In this document: piece after piece, positions 26,771 to 38,970 of the stretch
Position numbering within the stretch: the stretch's first letter is position 1
Layout of the letters: each line of letters begins with the position of its first letter
From: Eledone cirrhosa
Lineage: Eukaryota
DNA: 64,000 nt
NCBI GenBank assembly: GCA_964016885.1
Contig: OZ024745.1
Location: 65,844,001-65,908,000 of the forward strand
Direction of reading: 5' to 3'
The notes under the pieces: model-generated
The model's input: only the letters and a program-made list of their open reading frames with translations
Database searches by the model: none
What the model was told of the DNA's origin: nothing
Translations under genes and position numbers: made by a program

Positions 26771-27646
26771 AGGGACATAAGCGATATCAAATGAAAAATA
26801 TTTTCCAAGTCAAATTATATGAGTTATCTCCCATCGTCCCAATATGCATTATGTCTGAATGCGACTATTTGAAGGTCCGCTATGGTGGGTATTTGACAAC
26901 AGAGAGTTCAGAATATTTATATACAATTTCATTGAACATGGGAGCGTAAGATATAACCTTTCGTCATTTACCCCTAACTCTGTCTGCGAGTGATGAAGAG
27001 AGAAAATGGAATGATTACTAAGCTTTCTTTTATTATCATACTATATTTAATTGTTGAAATTGTTTGGCGAGTAACTTCATCTGAGATCATGTGTTCTAAC
27101 TGAATCAATGATATCGTGATACTATCTTGAATAGAATAGAAGGCCTAAATCTGCATTCTCCCAGTGACGATAAATGTAGTATCAATCAGAATCATTTTTC
27201 TCCCTCTCCTCCTTCCTTCTCCCGGCTTCTGTAAATGGGAGACAACTCTAAGCGTCTGTTTCCCCAGAAATGTTTAGCGGTGATTTTAAAGAATTCTCCG
27301 CCCCGCTCTCTCTCTCTCTGTATGTATGTGTGTATATATATATATGTATATTTTCTTTTTTTCTTATTTTCTTTTTTTCATTATACTATATATATATATA
27401 TATATATATATATTAACCTGTTACTTTTTTCGTTGCTCTGGTATTGTGTGTTGGGTTTTGCCTACCACAACGTTCAATTTGTGACGCTATTTAAACGTAT
27501 GTTGTTACTCTAAGGACCTACCCTTATTGAGTGCATTGCTAACTCATTCATATTGTAGGTCGATTTGCCAAAGCTTCGATTTTACTAAGCTTCCACACAC
27601 ATATATATATATATATAGAAGTAGTTACACAACAGCTAGTTCACCA

Positions 27647-27689
27647 TACCGAGAACAATTGTTTCACCTTAGCGGATCCTCAGCTCGTA
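27647..27689 (-). ncRNA. Minimal hammerhead ribozyme motif in a ~150-bp insert (27617-27770) between TA runs
   Basis: Minus strand: TACGAG-CTGAGGA-tCC-gctaa-GGt-GAAA-CAATTG-TT-CTCGGTA, with the perfect palindrome ACAATTGT in stem III. Confidence 0.65.
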
Positions 27690-27791
27690 ATAGACCACTT
27701 CTACCTAACTCGTCCCATGGACTGAGTGCTCTACCACTACGGATATTACCTTCCAGTGTTATACCACTATATATATATATATTATATATAT

Positions 27792-29111
27792 ATCCGCCCT
27801 GTAGGTCCCCTACTCCCCGTACCAATGACCAATGGACAGCAACAACGACCCACAGTTTGTGGTCCCTATGCTGGATGGTCCACCAGATCCTCTACTGGTT
27901 AGGAGTCAACAAAACCACGTTTATTGAACCTGAGGACCCCCCCCCCCCTGGGAGTGACCCACACAGGAAGAACAATTATCCCAAGCAAGGTACTAACTCT
28001 ATACGCATGATTGAGTGCCCGCAATCGTGCATTGTGTGTGTATACTGGGACTGCGTGAATGTACACATGTGAACGCAACGAAATACTAATACCCCAGGTT
28101 GGATCTGAAAAATGTTCGAGTGTATGTTTAAGAGTATATTTGTATATGCCCTCTTGTATGAGTGAAGTATAAAAGTGTGGGTGGGTATATATGTCTGTAC
28201 TAAGGGATTCGCCTAAGCTCCAAATCCCCAAGCTATTGTTGTGAAGATATATATCACACTCTACTTTTGTCTAGTCTAAACAATAACTTTTCCAAACACC
28301 CACTTTACTTTTCTTTAAAAATAACACCCACCTAGTTTTATGTCTGCCTTATACTTGGAAATGGGGGCCTCTGTTGTATATATATACACACCTGTATGGA
28401 TTTGTGTTCTAGATGTGTGTGTGTCTAAGGGGGTAGGTGTGAGTGTATGTACAAGTCAGCCAACATAAGTCTTTTTATTTCTAAAATTTCTAAACTTTCT
28501 AAGTATCTGACTCTAACCATTATTCTCAGTATTACCACACCACATTAATTCCTCAATGTGTATGTGTGGATGTGTATGTGTGTCTGTGGAGGTGGGTGTG
28601 AGTGTATGTGCAAGTCAACCTACATAAGTCTTTTTTATTTGTAAATTTTCTAGTATTCTACTCTAACCAGAATTTTCAGTAGTACCACCCCACATACATT
28701 CTTCAATTTAAGAATGACCTGTAGTATCTATTTCATACTATTAACCTCAATTGAATATATATCTGGCCAGGAATGCTTTTTGTGAAAATCACTCATATGG
28801 AACTATTTTCATCTTGCCTGACGTTTTGAACTTTACAACACCACCTGCCTCTTTGAGGTCAAAACCAACCCTACTAACATCTACAAACTGACCAATGAGA
28901 ATTAAGACTATTCCTGCTGACAACATTAAATTATTCCTAACAAGCTCATATGTCTCAAGGCTCTGATACCATCAACACCATAAACATAGAGCTGGCATAT
29001 CTAAGAACTAACTAACTGCCTGATGAGGTCATAACCATTCAGTGGCTATCATCGAAAAATATATAGCAGTAAATAAAGGATTATGAGTTCATGCAATTGA
29101 CTTATGTTTCG

Positions 29112-29116
<5 letters not shown>
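27792..29116 (+). mobile_element. Long non-coding PLE-terminus-like insert bounded by (TA)n, with an internal ~160-bp direct duplication (28400-28710)
   Basis: Ends with HHR + AATAAA immediately before (TA)n. Confidence 0.45.
29015..29070 (+). ncRNA. Minimal hammerhead ribozyme (AUA triplet)
   Basis: ACTGC-CTGATGA(29020-29026)-GGTcATAaCCA-ttcag-TGGcTATcATC-GAAA-AATATA-TA-GCAGT, then AATAAA. Confidence 0.75.
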
Positions 29117-29188
<72 letters not shown>

Positions 29189-29210
29189 GTTTCTTGGTAT
29201 GTATGTATGT

Positions 29211-29706
29211 AGGTTTCTTGGTGAGGAGGGTGACTTTGGGCATCCTGCAGGACTAAAAACAAAACCTGTCAAAGGGCAAAGGAGCTCTTAAGAGTCACCG
29301 GGAGAGATGACCCCTTAGCCTTTGTCAAGGCAGAATTCTAGCAGAAGGAAAACTCTGACATAATACCTGCAACTCTGATGGTATCCAATGATGTTGACTT
29401 GTTCTTCTTTTTGGTAAATATCATCTTGGTTAAGAGAGTGGGACTGGCTTTGTGCAGTGCCTTTGCTCACTATAAAAGCTTCACGGCACAGGCATCGCTT
29501 TATATCTGGAGATCTCTCTGCACTTGTCGTCACATGGTACCATGGGCCCAGTACTATGTGTCAATAATTGTCACAGCTGTAGTGTTTGTACCAGAGTTTT
29601 CAAGTCGCTGGCTGGAATAAAAAGTCACACTCGTTCAGCGCATCGGTAGGAGTTCTACATGGATATAAAGTAGTGGCCGTACTCGAAAACGAGTTGGCAG
29701 TCACAA
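29211..29706 (+). mobile_element. Non-autonomous bipartite RTE-like retroelement with (TGTA)n tail
   Basis: Structured 5' module fused to a LINE 3' end encoding CSVCTRVFKSLAGIKSHTRSAH (C2H2, 29578-29643). Near-identical copy at 49952-50545 (-). Confidence 0.65.
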
Positions 29707-29712
29707 TGTATG

Positions 29713-29762
<50 letters not shown>

Positions 29763-29796
29763 CAAACAGCCTCATAACACCATGTGTGTTCTAGAC

Positions 29797-29863
29797 CAGT
29801 GGTCCTCGGGATTTACTATTATGAATGTAGTAGTCCGTGAGGTCCGAAAGGCTGCGACCGCTG
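29797..29863. mobile_element. hAT-type MITE (67 bp)
   Basis: TIRs CAGTGGTC/GACCGCTG; 8-bp TSD-like TTCTAGAC/TTCTAGAA. Confidence 0.6.
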
Positions 29864-30029
29864 TTCTAGAAGACTAACGACATCTATTTCTTCAAGCTGT
29901 GACAGAGAGAAAAACAATTGCAGATTGTTGTTCTTTCTGCCAGGTATTCTCTGGCTGACTCGTCTGGGTTGGGTGGCCTGGATCTCTGGAAAGGCAATTA
30001 GAATTGATAATCTCAATTTTCAAAAAAGA

Positions 30030-31130
30030 GAGACAATAGAGGGACCCCCTTCTTAGGCATCGCCGGTAAATTTTATGTTAAGTCTATGGCAAAGAGATTT
30101 ACGGAAATAGACGAGTCAAAGCTAGCTAATAAACAGTGTGGTTTTCGCCCCGGACGCAGCATAGCCGAACAAATATTCACACTGCGGCAGATCTTTGAGT
30201 AATCGTGGGAGTACAGCAAATAGGTGTATTCTTACTTTTAAGACTCAAAAAGTCATATGACCACATTCCGCGGGACGTGCTGATATATGGGATTGATGGT
30301 CAGCTTCTTGTTGCTCAAATGTCTCTCTATACGAATACCCAATTATTTGTGTTCGGATAAATGGTGCTAAATCGAAATCATTCAATGTTGGAGTCAGACT
30401 CCAACAAGGGTGCGTACTGTCACCTCCCCTATTCATTATTTTCATGAACAGGAATGACAGGGACAGCCGGGTTGGGAGTTGAATCATGACAAGCAGCTGT
30501 AGAATAAGTCAGCTGGAATTTGCAGACAACATGGTATTACTTAACGGTGGATTGGCACTAACGGTAGAGTATCGGACAACATGTTTTGCGGCATAGGGTT
30601 AGGGCCCTTTACGTTCTGAGTTCAAATCCCAACGAGGTTAATTTTACTTTTCATCCTTGTGGACTCGATAAAGTAAAGTACCAGTAACGATCTGGAATCG
30701 ACTTATTCTACTTCCCCGCCAAAAAATTGATGGCCTTGAGACTAAATCAGAAACCATTATTTTATTCTTCAGAAAATAAAGTACCAGTAATGCACTGGAT
30801 AATTGCTGGCCTTGTGCCAAAAAGTAGAAACAATTATTTTATTCTACAGCATGTGATCTCCAACTTGCACTTAATAGGTTCGATGCCGAGTGCTGCATTG
30901 CTGGAATGAAAATCAGTGCAGCGAAAACTGAGGCACTTGTCCTCTCAAGGAGACACTTTACCTCTCAAGGAATCCTGTGCTATGCATTCTACATGTGATT
31001 GGAGATCCACTGAAGAAGATATAGAAGTTCAAGCATCTAGGGGCCGTGTTCACGAGTGAGGGACGACAGGATGTTGAATTAAGTGCAAGAATTGCAACAG
31101 CTACTCCAGTAATGCGCCGGCTTCAGCAGA
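30030..31130 (+). pseudogene. RTE-clade LINE reverse transcriptase fragment interrupted by a SINE
   Basis: QCGFRPGRSIAEQIFTLRQIFE, GVRLQQGCVLSPPLFIIFM and LEFADNMVLL before the SINE; DLQLALNRFDAEC...GMKISAAKTEALV after it. Confidence 0.85.
30547..30840 (+). mobile_element. SINE S1 inserted in the RTE RT just after the FADD-like motif
   Basis: GGATTGGCAC...GAGTTCAAATCCC...AGAAACAATTATT. Confidence 0.8.
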
Positions 31131-32714
31131 AGGAGATATATGCTCAGGATGTTTTGTGAAAAGCATATAAATGCCTGTCATGGGAAGTAATTACGCAACA
31201 ACTTTATTTAAGTTTCTTCCCTTGAAAATGTTTTTTTAAATAATTTTTTTTCGATAATTGTAATATGTCGTCAACTAGCTACTACAAATTAAATTATATA
31301 ATTTTACGAGGAAGTATTTTTTATATTTTTTCGTACAAAAATATTCTATCCCAAGCTTTTTTATATCTTTATATTAACTTGCTTAATTTTATCACATTAT
31401 AAAGTGTGAAGAAATGTCACTCACCATGTACTCCAAGTTAGCTGTTAATATAATCTTTCATCAATTGAAATTGAGTTGTTTTGTCATCGTGGGAGATGTA
31501 TTTGTTCATTTTTCTCATTCATCTTTCGAATTTATTTTCTCTTCTAAAGGAAAAAATAAAGAAAATGAAAAGTATTTTTCTTCATCATTAAAAGAAGACA
31601 ACAAACTAATATAACAAATAACAACTACCTTTCCCGTCATCAAAAGGTCTAATAAAAATAAAAATAAAAATAACATTGATTTTCAAAAGATGCCTCGCAA
31701 TAGCAATAATGTGGTGTGTACGATGAATAATAATATGTAAGCTACCAAACACAACAGAAATATGAGAGGTAATACTCAATCATCGCTACCCCAATAATAA
31801 AAGCCCGGGCGGTATAAAAGAACGCTCTTTTGTGGGCAGAACTCCAGGTGCAACAGGCCGAATTGTCATCCCAGTGTCAGAATGGAGAAGACGTTGCCCC
31901 AGCATCAATCAATACGATGTAGATGCACGATTACATATGTTGACACGTCATAGGTTACGATGCTATCACAATAAAGCAATAATGAATATGTGTGTTGTAA
32001 ATGGTTGTCATTATAAAAACTACCAAATAAATATTTATGATTAGGCACAAGGCTAACAATCTTTTTTATTGGGGTTGGAGTCAATTGCACGTTAATAGTT
32101 TTTTTATTTTACCAGCCACGTGAGGATTTTTAACCCGGAACGTAAAGCGACGTAACTCGATACCGCAAATCATGTTATCCGACGCTCTACAATACTGCTA
32201 AACTATCCAATTATTATTTTTCATAATAAACCTTTGGAGAAACATAAAACCTCTTTAGACTCTCGTTACAAAAATATATTTACTAATTAATTTAAAGAAA
32301 ATATATATTGTCAAAGAGTGGAAGACCTACGTTGAAATGGTCTCACTGAAAATCTATTTCTCAGCTTCTGCAACGTTTATCACATCAAATCCTAAAAGTA
32401 TTGTATGTATGGGTCCGTAATTTTTGATGGTGTCGTTGCAAGGGAGCCTTACTGACATATATCGTGTCTTGAGCATTTATAAAACATTGAGAAACTCGTC
32501 CCTTCTCATGGTGGGGTATTGCTGCTCTGACTTGGATCCTATCTTTCTTACGCTTTGAATCAACATTTCCCCATTGCTGGGTTCTGATGTTGTCTCACAA
32601 TTTCAGCTTGCTTTTCCGCCTGTGCCATTTATGTGTTAGTTGCCCAAATGAATCTGGGACCTGTATTCATTATAACGCTATGCTTCGTTACATTACGTTA
32701 ACGTTATAGTTAAG

Positions 32715-32900
32715 TTAAAGTCTGTTCTGAGACGAAGATTTACCAGGTCGGTGCTTATCCCCGGTTTCCTTGACGTTAAGCGACTGAGAGTACAAGACTC
32801 TCCCTGGAAAAGATACGGGTCTACTGTTGGCCCCCAATTTTAGCTGATTGTTCTGAAGAAAGTGAAATAAAGTGTTTAGCTCAAGAAGACAATTCAGCAC
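32715..32900 (-). mobile_element. Diverged SINE remnant (V-domain-like)
   Basis: TTATCCCCGGTTTC...AAGCGACTGAGAGTAC.AGACTCTCCCTGGA resembles the reverse complement of a V-SINE body (recalled, not searched). Confidence 0.35.
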
Positions 32901-34032
32901 GCTGTCAATGAATCGAGTCGACGTCATTCTGGTGGGAATGACGGCTAGGTATCTGTTAAAAAATTAAACAAGATCACTGCCTACATGTTGTGATAATTAG
33001 AAAATATAAATTCAGGCATACACAGGCTTGGCTACCTGACAACCAGTTTGTAGAAAGTATATTAAGTTCATTCTTCATTCTTAAGGAGGTATTGAGTATG
33101 TTTTGTATAAGTAGATAGCAGAATATGGCGTCGTAACTTTGCACATTTCGATAGTAGTTAGACTGGCATATGTGTTTGGAAGGAGAGGTTGGCACCGTCA
33201 TTTATTGTCTATTTTAAATTTGTGAGGAGTGTGGTACCTGGGTGTATTGGTGTCATTATGTGTTATGATATATTGAGTGGAATGTGTGAACTATTGAATA
33301 GATGCTATAGCTAGTGTATTACCAGAAATCTTTTATTACTCAATATTGACGATAAGAGGGGACATTGATGCAAAACGTATCTTAGCATTAAGATTTGTTA
33401 CAACTCTTGTAGTACTGTATTAAAAAATCTATCTATTTTGTTCTTTGTAACTCTGGATGGAAGATCAATAAACGTGTTCAGAGAAAATTGACATGAGAAT
33501 AATAGCCGACATAAGTGTTCTTATCAATTTTCTTATTCGTTCTAGCATGCCAGTGATAGCTTTCTCCTTGGTTGTTACTTTTGAATAATCGATAAATATA
33601 ATAAATCCCCCACTCCTTCATCACGGTTGCTGGGGTTTCTTTTTTAAGCACAAAGGAGTCATTGGTTGAGATGCCTGTACTATTTTATTGATTTTGCAGG
33701 TTTAAACTCGAAAGTCGATTTCGCTGGGGATCCTAATTTAGAGAAACAAAGATATATAGATTGTAAACATTTAGTTTGAACTTTAATGTTTCAATCTAAT
33801 TAACTACTTTTTATAATTATTAATTGATATTTATTGATATCATATATAGAAAAAAGTGTCCGAATTATGGATAAATGTAATGATGAATTAACGTTATCAG
33901 TTATTGGAACTGTAAGGTATTGTCATTGTTGTCATTGTTTTGTTATTGTTGTTGTTTGGGTCTGGGTAAATCTGTGCGTATTTAAAATTTTTGAATATGT
34001 ATTATTCAATATGTATTATTCATTATTCATAG

Positions 34033-34310
34033 ATGATTGTGTGTGGTTTTAGATAGAGGTCACAAGCTGCTATTTCTAGCACGTTGTATGATCCCGTTCA
34101 TAAACCATCGTTATCTCGATGAATAACTGTGAAGTTAAATAAATACATTTGAGAATCAAATTTGAACTATAAAGATGATTGTGTGTGGTTTTAGATAGAG
34201 GTCACAAGCTGCTATTTCTAGCATATTGTATGATCCCGTTCATAAACCATCGTTATCACGATGAATAACTGTGAAGTTAAATAAATTCATTTGAGAATCA
34301 AATTTGAACT
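34033..34310. repeat. 140-bp direct tandem duplication
   Basis: AGATGATTGTGTGTGGTTTTAGATAGAGG...TCAAATTTGAACT occurs at ~34031 and ~34173. Confidence 0.9.
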
Positions 34311-34891
34311 TCCCAATGCTAGAAAATGTATAAAATATTTCTGTACAACTTAAAGATTTCTTATTACAATCTATTTATTAGGTTTAACATTTGAGGAAAA
34401 ATGTATTTGATTTTCTTTTTGTAATCTTGTATTCCATTATTGTTACTTTCTGCTTATGTTAGTTTCTTCCTTCTTATCTTAGAATTTATATTAATTTTTC
34501 TTATCATTTATATAATCATTATGTGCGAAATATTTTAAAGACTAATGGCATCAACAAACGGAAATATATATATATTGAGTTAGAAACTCAAAATAGTCTC
34601 ATTACAGTAAATTAGCTCTAGGGAAAAAGGCTTTTCCGAGCCGTATATAACCGAACAAAAAGGAAAAAAAACGAACACAGTATTGTGGTAACTACCATTA
34701 CCCATGGGTGATGGTAGTTACCACAATACTGGTTTGGATTTATTTTTCTTAATTTATTCTTAAATTGAGTCCAGCAAACCCTATTGTCTGTAGTTAGTAT
34801 TTTTTTCACCTTAGCGATTTTGGTCCATTACGATTTGAACACACATATATATATATATATGTCTGTGTTCGTTTTTTGCTTTTTGTTCGGT

Positions 34892-34949
<58 letters not shown>

Positions 34950-35345
34950 ATTTGTGTTGGATACTTAAAGCGTCCGTATGCGGTAGGCTGTATGAGCACT
35001 CGATGCCCTCATAGAGCAGAGTATGATATCACAGAAAAAAGAGAATCAGTGTTGCGACGAATGGTATTTATTGGACATATTACAATTGTTTCTCGGGCGA
35101 CCAGTTCGAGGCACGATTGATGTGGTGATCAAACCTGACTGTAGAATCGCGCGGTCCTCGGATACGTCTAGATTCTACGAAGCAGATTTTCCTTAGAATC
35201 GAGACGTATCTGAGGACCGCGCAATTTCAGAGTCAGGTTTGATCACCACATCGATCGTGCCTCGAGCTGGTCGCCCGAAAAACAATTGTAATATGTTCAA
35301 TAAATTCCATTCGTCACAACACTGAATCTCTTTTTTCTGTGATAT
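34950..35345. mobile_element. Fold-back element, ~150-bp arms (35026-35177 / 35194-35345), each with an expanded-stem-II hammerhead motif
   Basis: Arm consensus GACGTAT-CTGAGGA-(62 nt)-GAAA-CAATTG-TA-ATATGTC-C-AATAAA. Flanked by (TG/TA)n. Confidence 0.75.
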
Positions 35346-36102
35346 ATATATATATGAAACCCCTAAGAAGAAGAAGAAATTCACTTATACGTATAACGGC
35401 AATGATAAGTAACTATCAAAATGAAGGTAACAGAAATAAATATAGGATTTCATTAACAAACATACTGATAAAATAGTTAAGTTAATGTTAACATGTTTTA
35501 AAATATCGAACACCGAATACATAAACAGACATAATTTGGGTGGTAGGTGCAATACGTTCCCTGGTTTAACCAAGTGTCCATTGAGTGATTTAGAAATAAA
35601 CCACTCATTTGAAACCGGATTCCTGCTTGACGATAACTTGCTTCCTTGTATACATCAGTCACGTCGCAGCAGTTCCTGACTTGATGCAAAAGAAGGAATA
35701 ATCAAGGTACGAATTAGCTCAAAATTGTTGTCATCGTCACAATCGTTATCATCGTCCTCATCATCATAATCTTCGTTATCATCATCATCATCGTCATCAA
35801 CATGACAATTCATTGTCAAACAAGTCAAAGTATTTTTCCTTGATTGTATAAAATTGAAACTTGGGTGTAGTCTGAACATTCTTCAGATCTGAACGTAATT
35901 GGATATTTATGTCAAATCATTACATCAAAGAAGAATCCAAGAACTTTTAAATGTAAAACATTTATCGTTTAAAATATCTGAATGCAATAGTCTGATATTA
36001 TTTAAAAAAATGGATTCTTTAGAAATAAACAGGTTTCCAATATGAATCGTGTAGGATATATTATTTTTCGGATTTAATTCTGTGACCAGAGTAATGTAGG
36101 AT

Positions 36103-36470
36103 TCTTCTTCTTCTTCTTCTTCTTCTTCTTCTTCTTCTTCTTCTTCTTCTTCTTCTTCTTCTTCTTCTTCTTCTTCTTCTTCTTCTTCTTCTTCTTCTTC
36201 TTCTTCTTCTTCTTCTTCTTCTTCTTCTTCTTCTTCTTCTTCACCCATTTATTCCCAGGAAGGTCGTGTGGGCGAGTCCTGTCAGAAGCAACCTTTTCTA
36301 ATTAATCCGGCTGGATCCCCATGAGACCCCAAGAGCTTATGGGCATTATACAAGCATCTTGCTAGGAGTCTTCCACAAGGTCTCATGCCAGTTGATTTCG
36401 CTCGTAAAGTTTGTCCAGCGATTCTTTCCTGAGACATTCTTACAACATGCCTGTAATATGGGAGTTTTGA
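36103..36470 (-). mobile_element. 3' end of an RTE LINE with a long (GAA)n tail
   Basis: Minus strand HVVRMSQERIAGQTLRAKSTGMRPCGRLLARC resembles the RTE C-terminal GHxxRM...GxRxxGRP motif, followed by ~47 GAA repeats (36103-36243). Confidence 0.65.
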
Positions 36471-38689
36471 AATCCGACGAAAGCGCTATATTTGTAATTC
36501 AAATGGCCGGGCTTGTAATACAGTGTTACACCGAATCTCCCTGAGAATTGCGATAATGGTACACTTATCTGTGGAACGCATTTTCACTTACACGTTATTT
36601 TCACGAGCAGGCTGTTCTATTAATCGAACAATTGGCACACTCGTCGGCAAACTAGAGTGAAGTCCATTCTCACTTCTATGTATAAAGAAATAAAGAAGGT
36701 AATTGATTTTGCAAGTGTTGTGTCTTTAATGTATGTTTATGTCTGTGATACGAATAAGCTAGCGAATTACAGTGATGTCTTGTAGTAATTGTTCTATCCC
36801 TGTGCACACCAAATCCAACTGACGTTAAATTTAGTTTTATGCTTTCGGGTTCAATAAGTCCCCGTCATCGGTGAATTGTTGATTGGAAGAGTGTTGTCGT
36901 GTCGGATGAGATGTTTTATTGTATCTATTTCAGCTCTTATTACGGGGGTTTTCGTGGCGAGAGAGTTCCTTCAGAACACGTCACACTATGAGAGGCCTCT
37001 AATGTTAGACGGATTCATACGTCAATCGAAGTAATACTTCATTAACATCTAAAAATGAGCAAACACCGACATAACCACAGAAAACAAAAATAATGGCGGT
37101 TCGTATGACACAAATGCTTGCACTAAAAAACATTGCGACATATTTTTTAGCGGGTGTACATGTTAACGTTACGAGTCGGATTGGAGTAAGCGGAGTATTT
37201 CAATCATTTGCAACTGACGAGTATTCAATCAAAATCTACACCATTTCATCTAAATCCTCCTTACACACGTCATCGTCATCCTCGTCACCACCACCAGCTT
37301 CAACACCATCATTATTATCATCATCACTAATATCAGTTTGTGAGAAAATATCTGAGAGGAAATCCGAATAAAGCTATCACTTTTATGAGAAGGGAAAAGG
37401 GTGGAGCAATGCGAACAAGTACAGCAAATAGGGTGTAATGATCAAATGTTAAAAACAATCTAGCAGAGAAAAACGCAGCATTGGAGAGGAAATAGCAATA
37501 GAAACATCAAGTAAATGTGGGAGAACGAAAATGAATCGAGTTTTTTTTTGTTTTTGTTTTTGTTTTACAAAGGTTTTCTTTAAAAAACCAGTTAACTCAA
37601 TATATTCAAACAACCAAGTGCAACCATTATGCTATTTTCAACGGTATGACATGTCAGATTGTATTGTTGAGAGAAAATGAATGGGAACCTCAAATAAAAC
37701 GGCTTTATCAATTAAGAAACGGTGATGTAAAGGAAGAAAAATTTTGTTCTTTGTCATGAAAGAAAATTGAAAATAAATAGCTTTGACAAAGTGTGAATTT
37801 TCTTACTTTCTAATCTGTATTATTTTTGGTTACTTTTGTTATTAATATATAAATTATATTTCTCGATAACTTCCGTTTTTATTAAATTCTGATTGATATA
37901 TTTATTTGATTTTATCGTTTTTTCCTCTTTCAAATGTTAATTTATGAAATTTTTATGGTTGTCAAAGTAAATATGTGAAAATGAATAGCAATTGTGTAAT
38001 TATATATATATATATATAAATATATATATAATTGATTAAATTTGTTCCCACTCTCTGTATTGAAATTGCGTAACTAACTATACATTCATTGTACAATTTT
38101 CCTCTACATTTTGTTCAAACGCACACACGTGCACACACACACAGACTCACACACGCACACACTGACACACGCACGCACAAATTCACATTTAAATATTAAA
38201 CTATATATTTAAATGTGAATTTAAATATATAGTTTAATAAATTGTTATAAAAAATACTTGCAACACACAACAGCCTTCTAGCCGCCCTTGTTAAATATAG
38301 AAACATGAAATCTCACTACCATTCCTCATTTGAAGTAAAGTCTTCGGATTACTTAGATAACCTTAGCCTGTAAACATGCAACAAAGGAAACCAAGCCAAT
38401 ATCGCAAATAATTAAAAAAAATTAAAAAACAAACGAAAATAACCACTTTATTGCTATCATAAATGCGTTCGCGAACTGACAACCCTGTCCACTAAGCTGG
38501 AGTACGAACAAACTACACCGCTGTACACCAGCTGGCATATAACAAACGTTGATTACATTTATTTACGTTTATTTGATGGGAAGATATTAGAATCCCGTAA
38601 CATTACGTAATCACAGTTTAAGGCCCTTAAAATGGTTGTTATGTAAAACCATCTCTTCATTTTGTTCATTTTTAATATAGTATATATTT

Positions 38690-38970
38690 ATGAGATGGAT
38701 GTTCGAAGAGAGGGCTGAACTCTCAACTGATCTAGTTATCTGTAATTTAAGACTACCTACAGCCAAAGAAACCCACAAAACTGGCAGGTTCAGGTCGACC
38801 TACGGGATAGAGTGGGAAGCGTTGGTGGATAAGGATTTCAGAACCAGATATGAAAATATTATTGCATCCAAATTTAGAGAACTCCCTGACCAAACTGAGG
38901 ACAGTATGCAACCACGTTACTCTGGGTCTAGCCCAGGGCCCTCTGCCGGTTGGTTTTACCCAGACGAAAC
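38690..38970 (+). mobile_element. Short RTE/LINE remnant
   Basis: RAELSTDLVICNLRL resembles the end of the APE endonuclease (S/TDH motif, with H deleted). Confidence 0.35.

Noticed and set aside
35925-36248. Poly-Glu ORF
   Set aside because: It is the (GAA)n tail of an RTE 3' end.
38182-38238. Small overlapping AT-rich palindromes
   Set aside because: Short and low-complexity; likely local template-switch or slippage.
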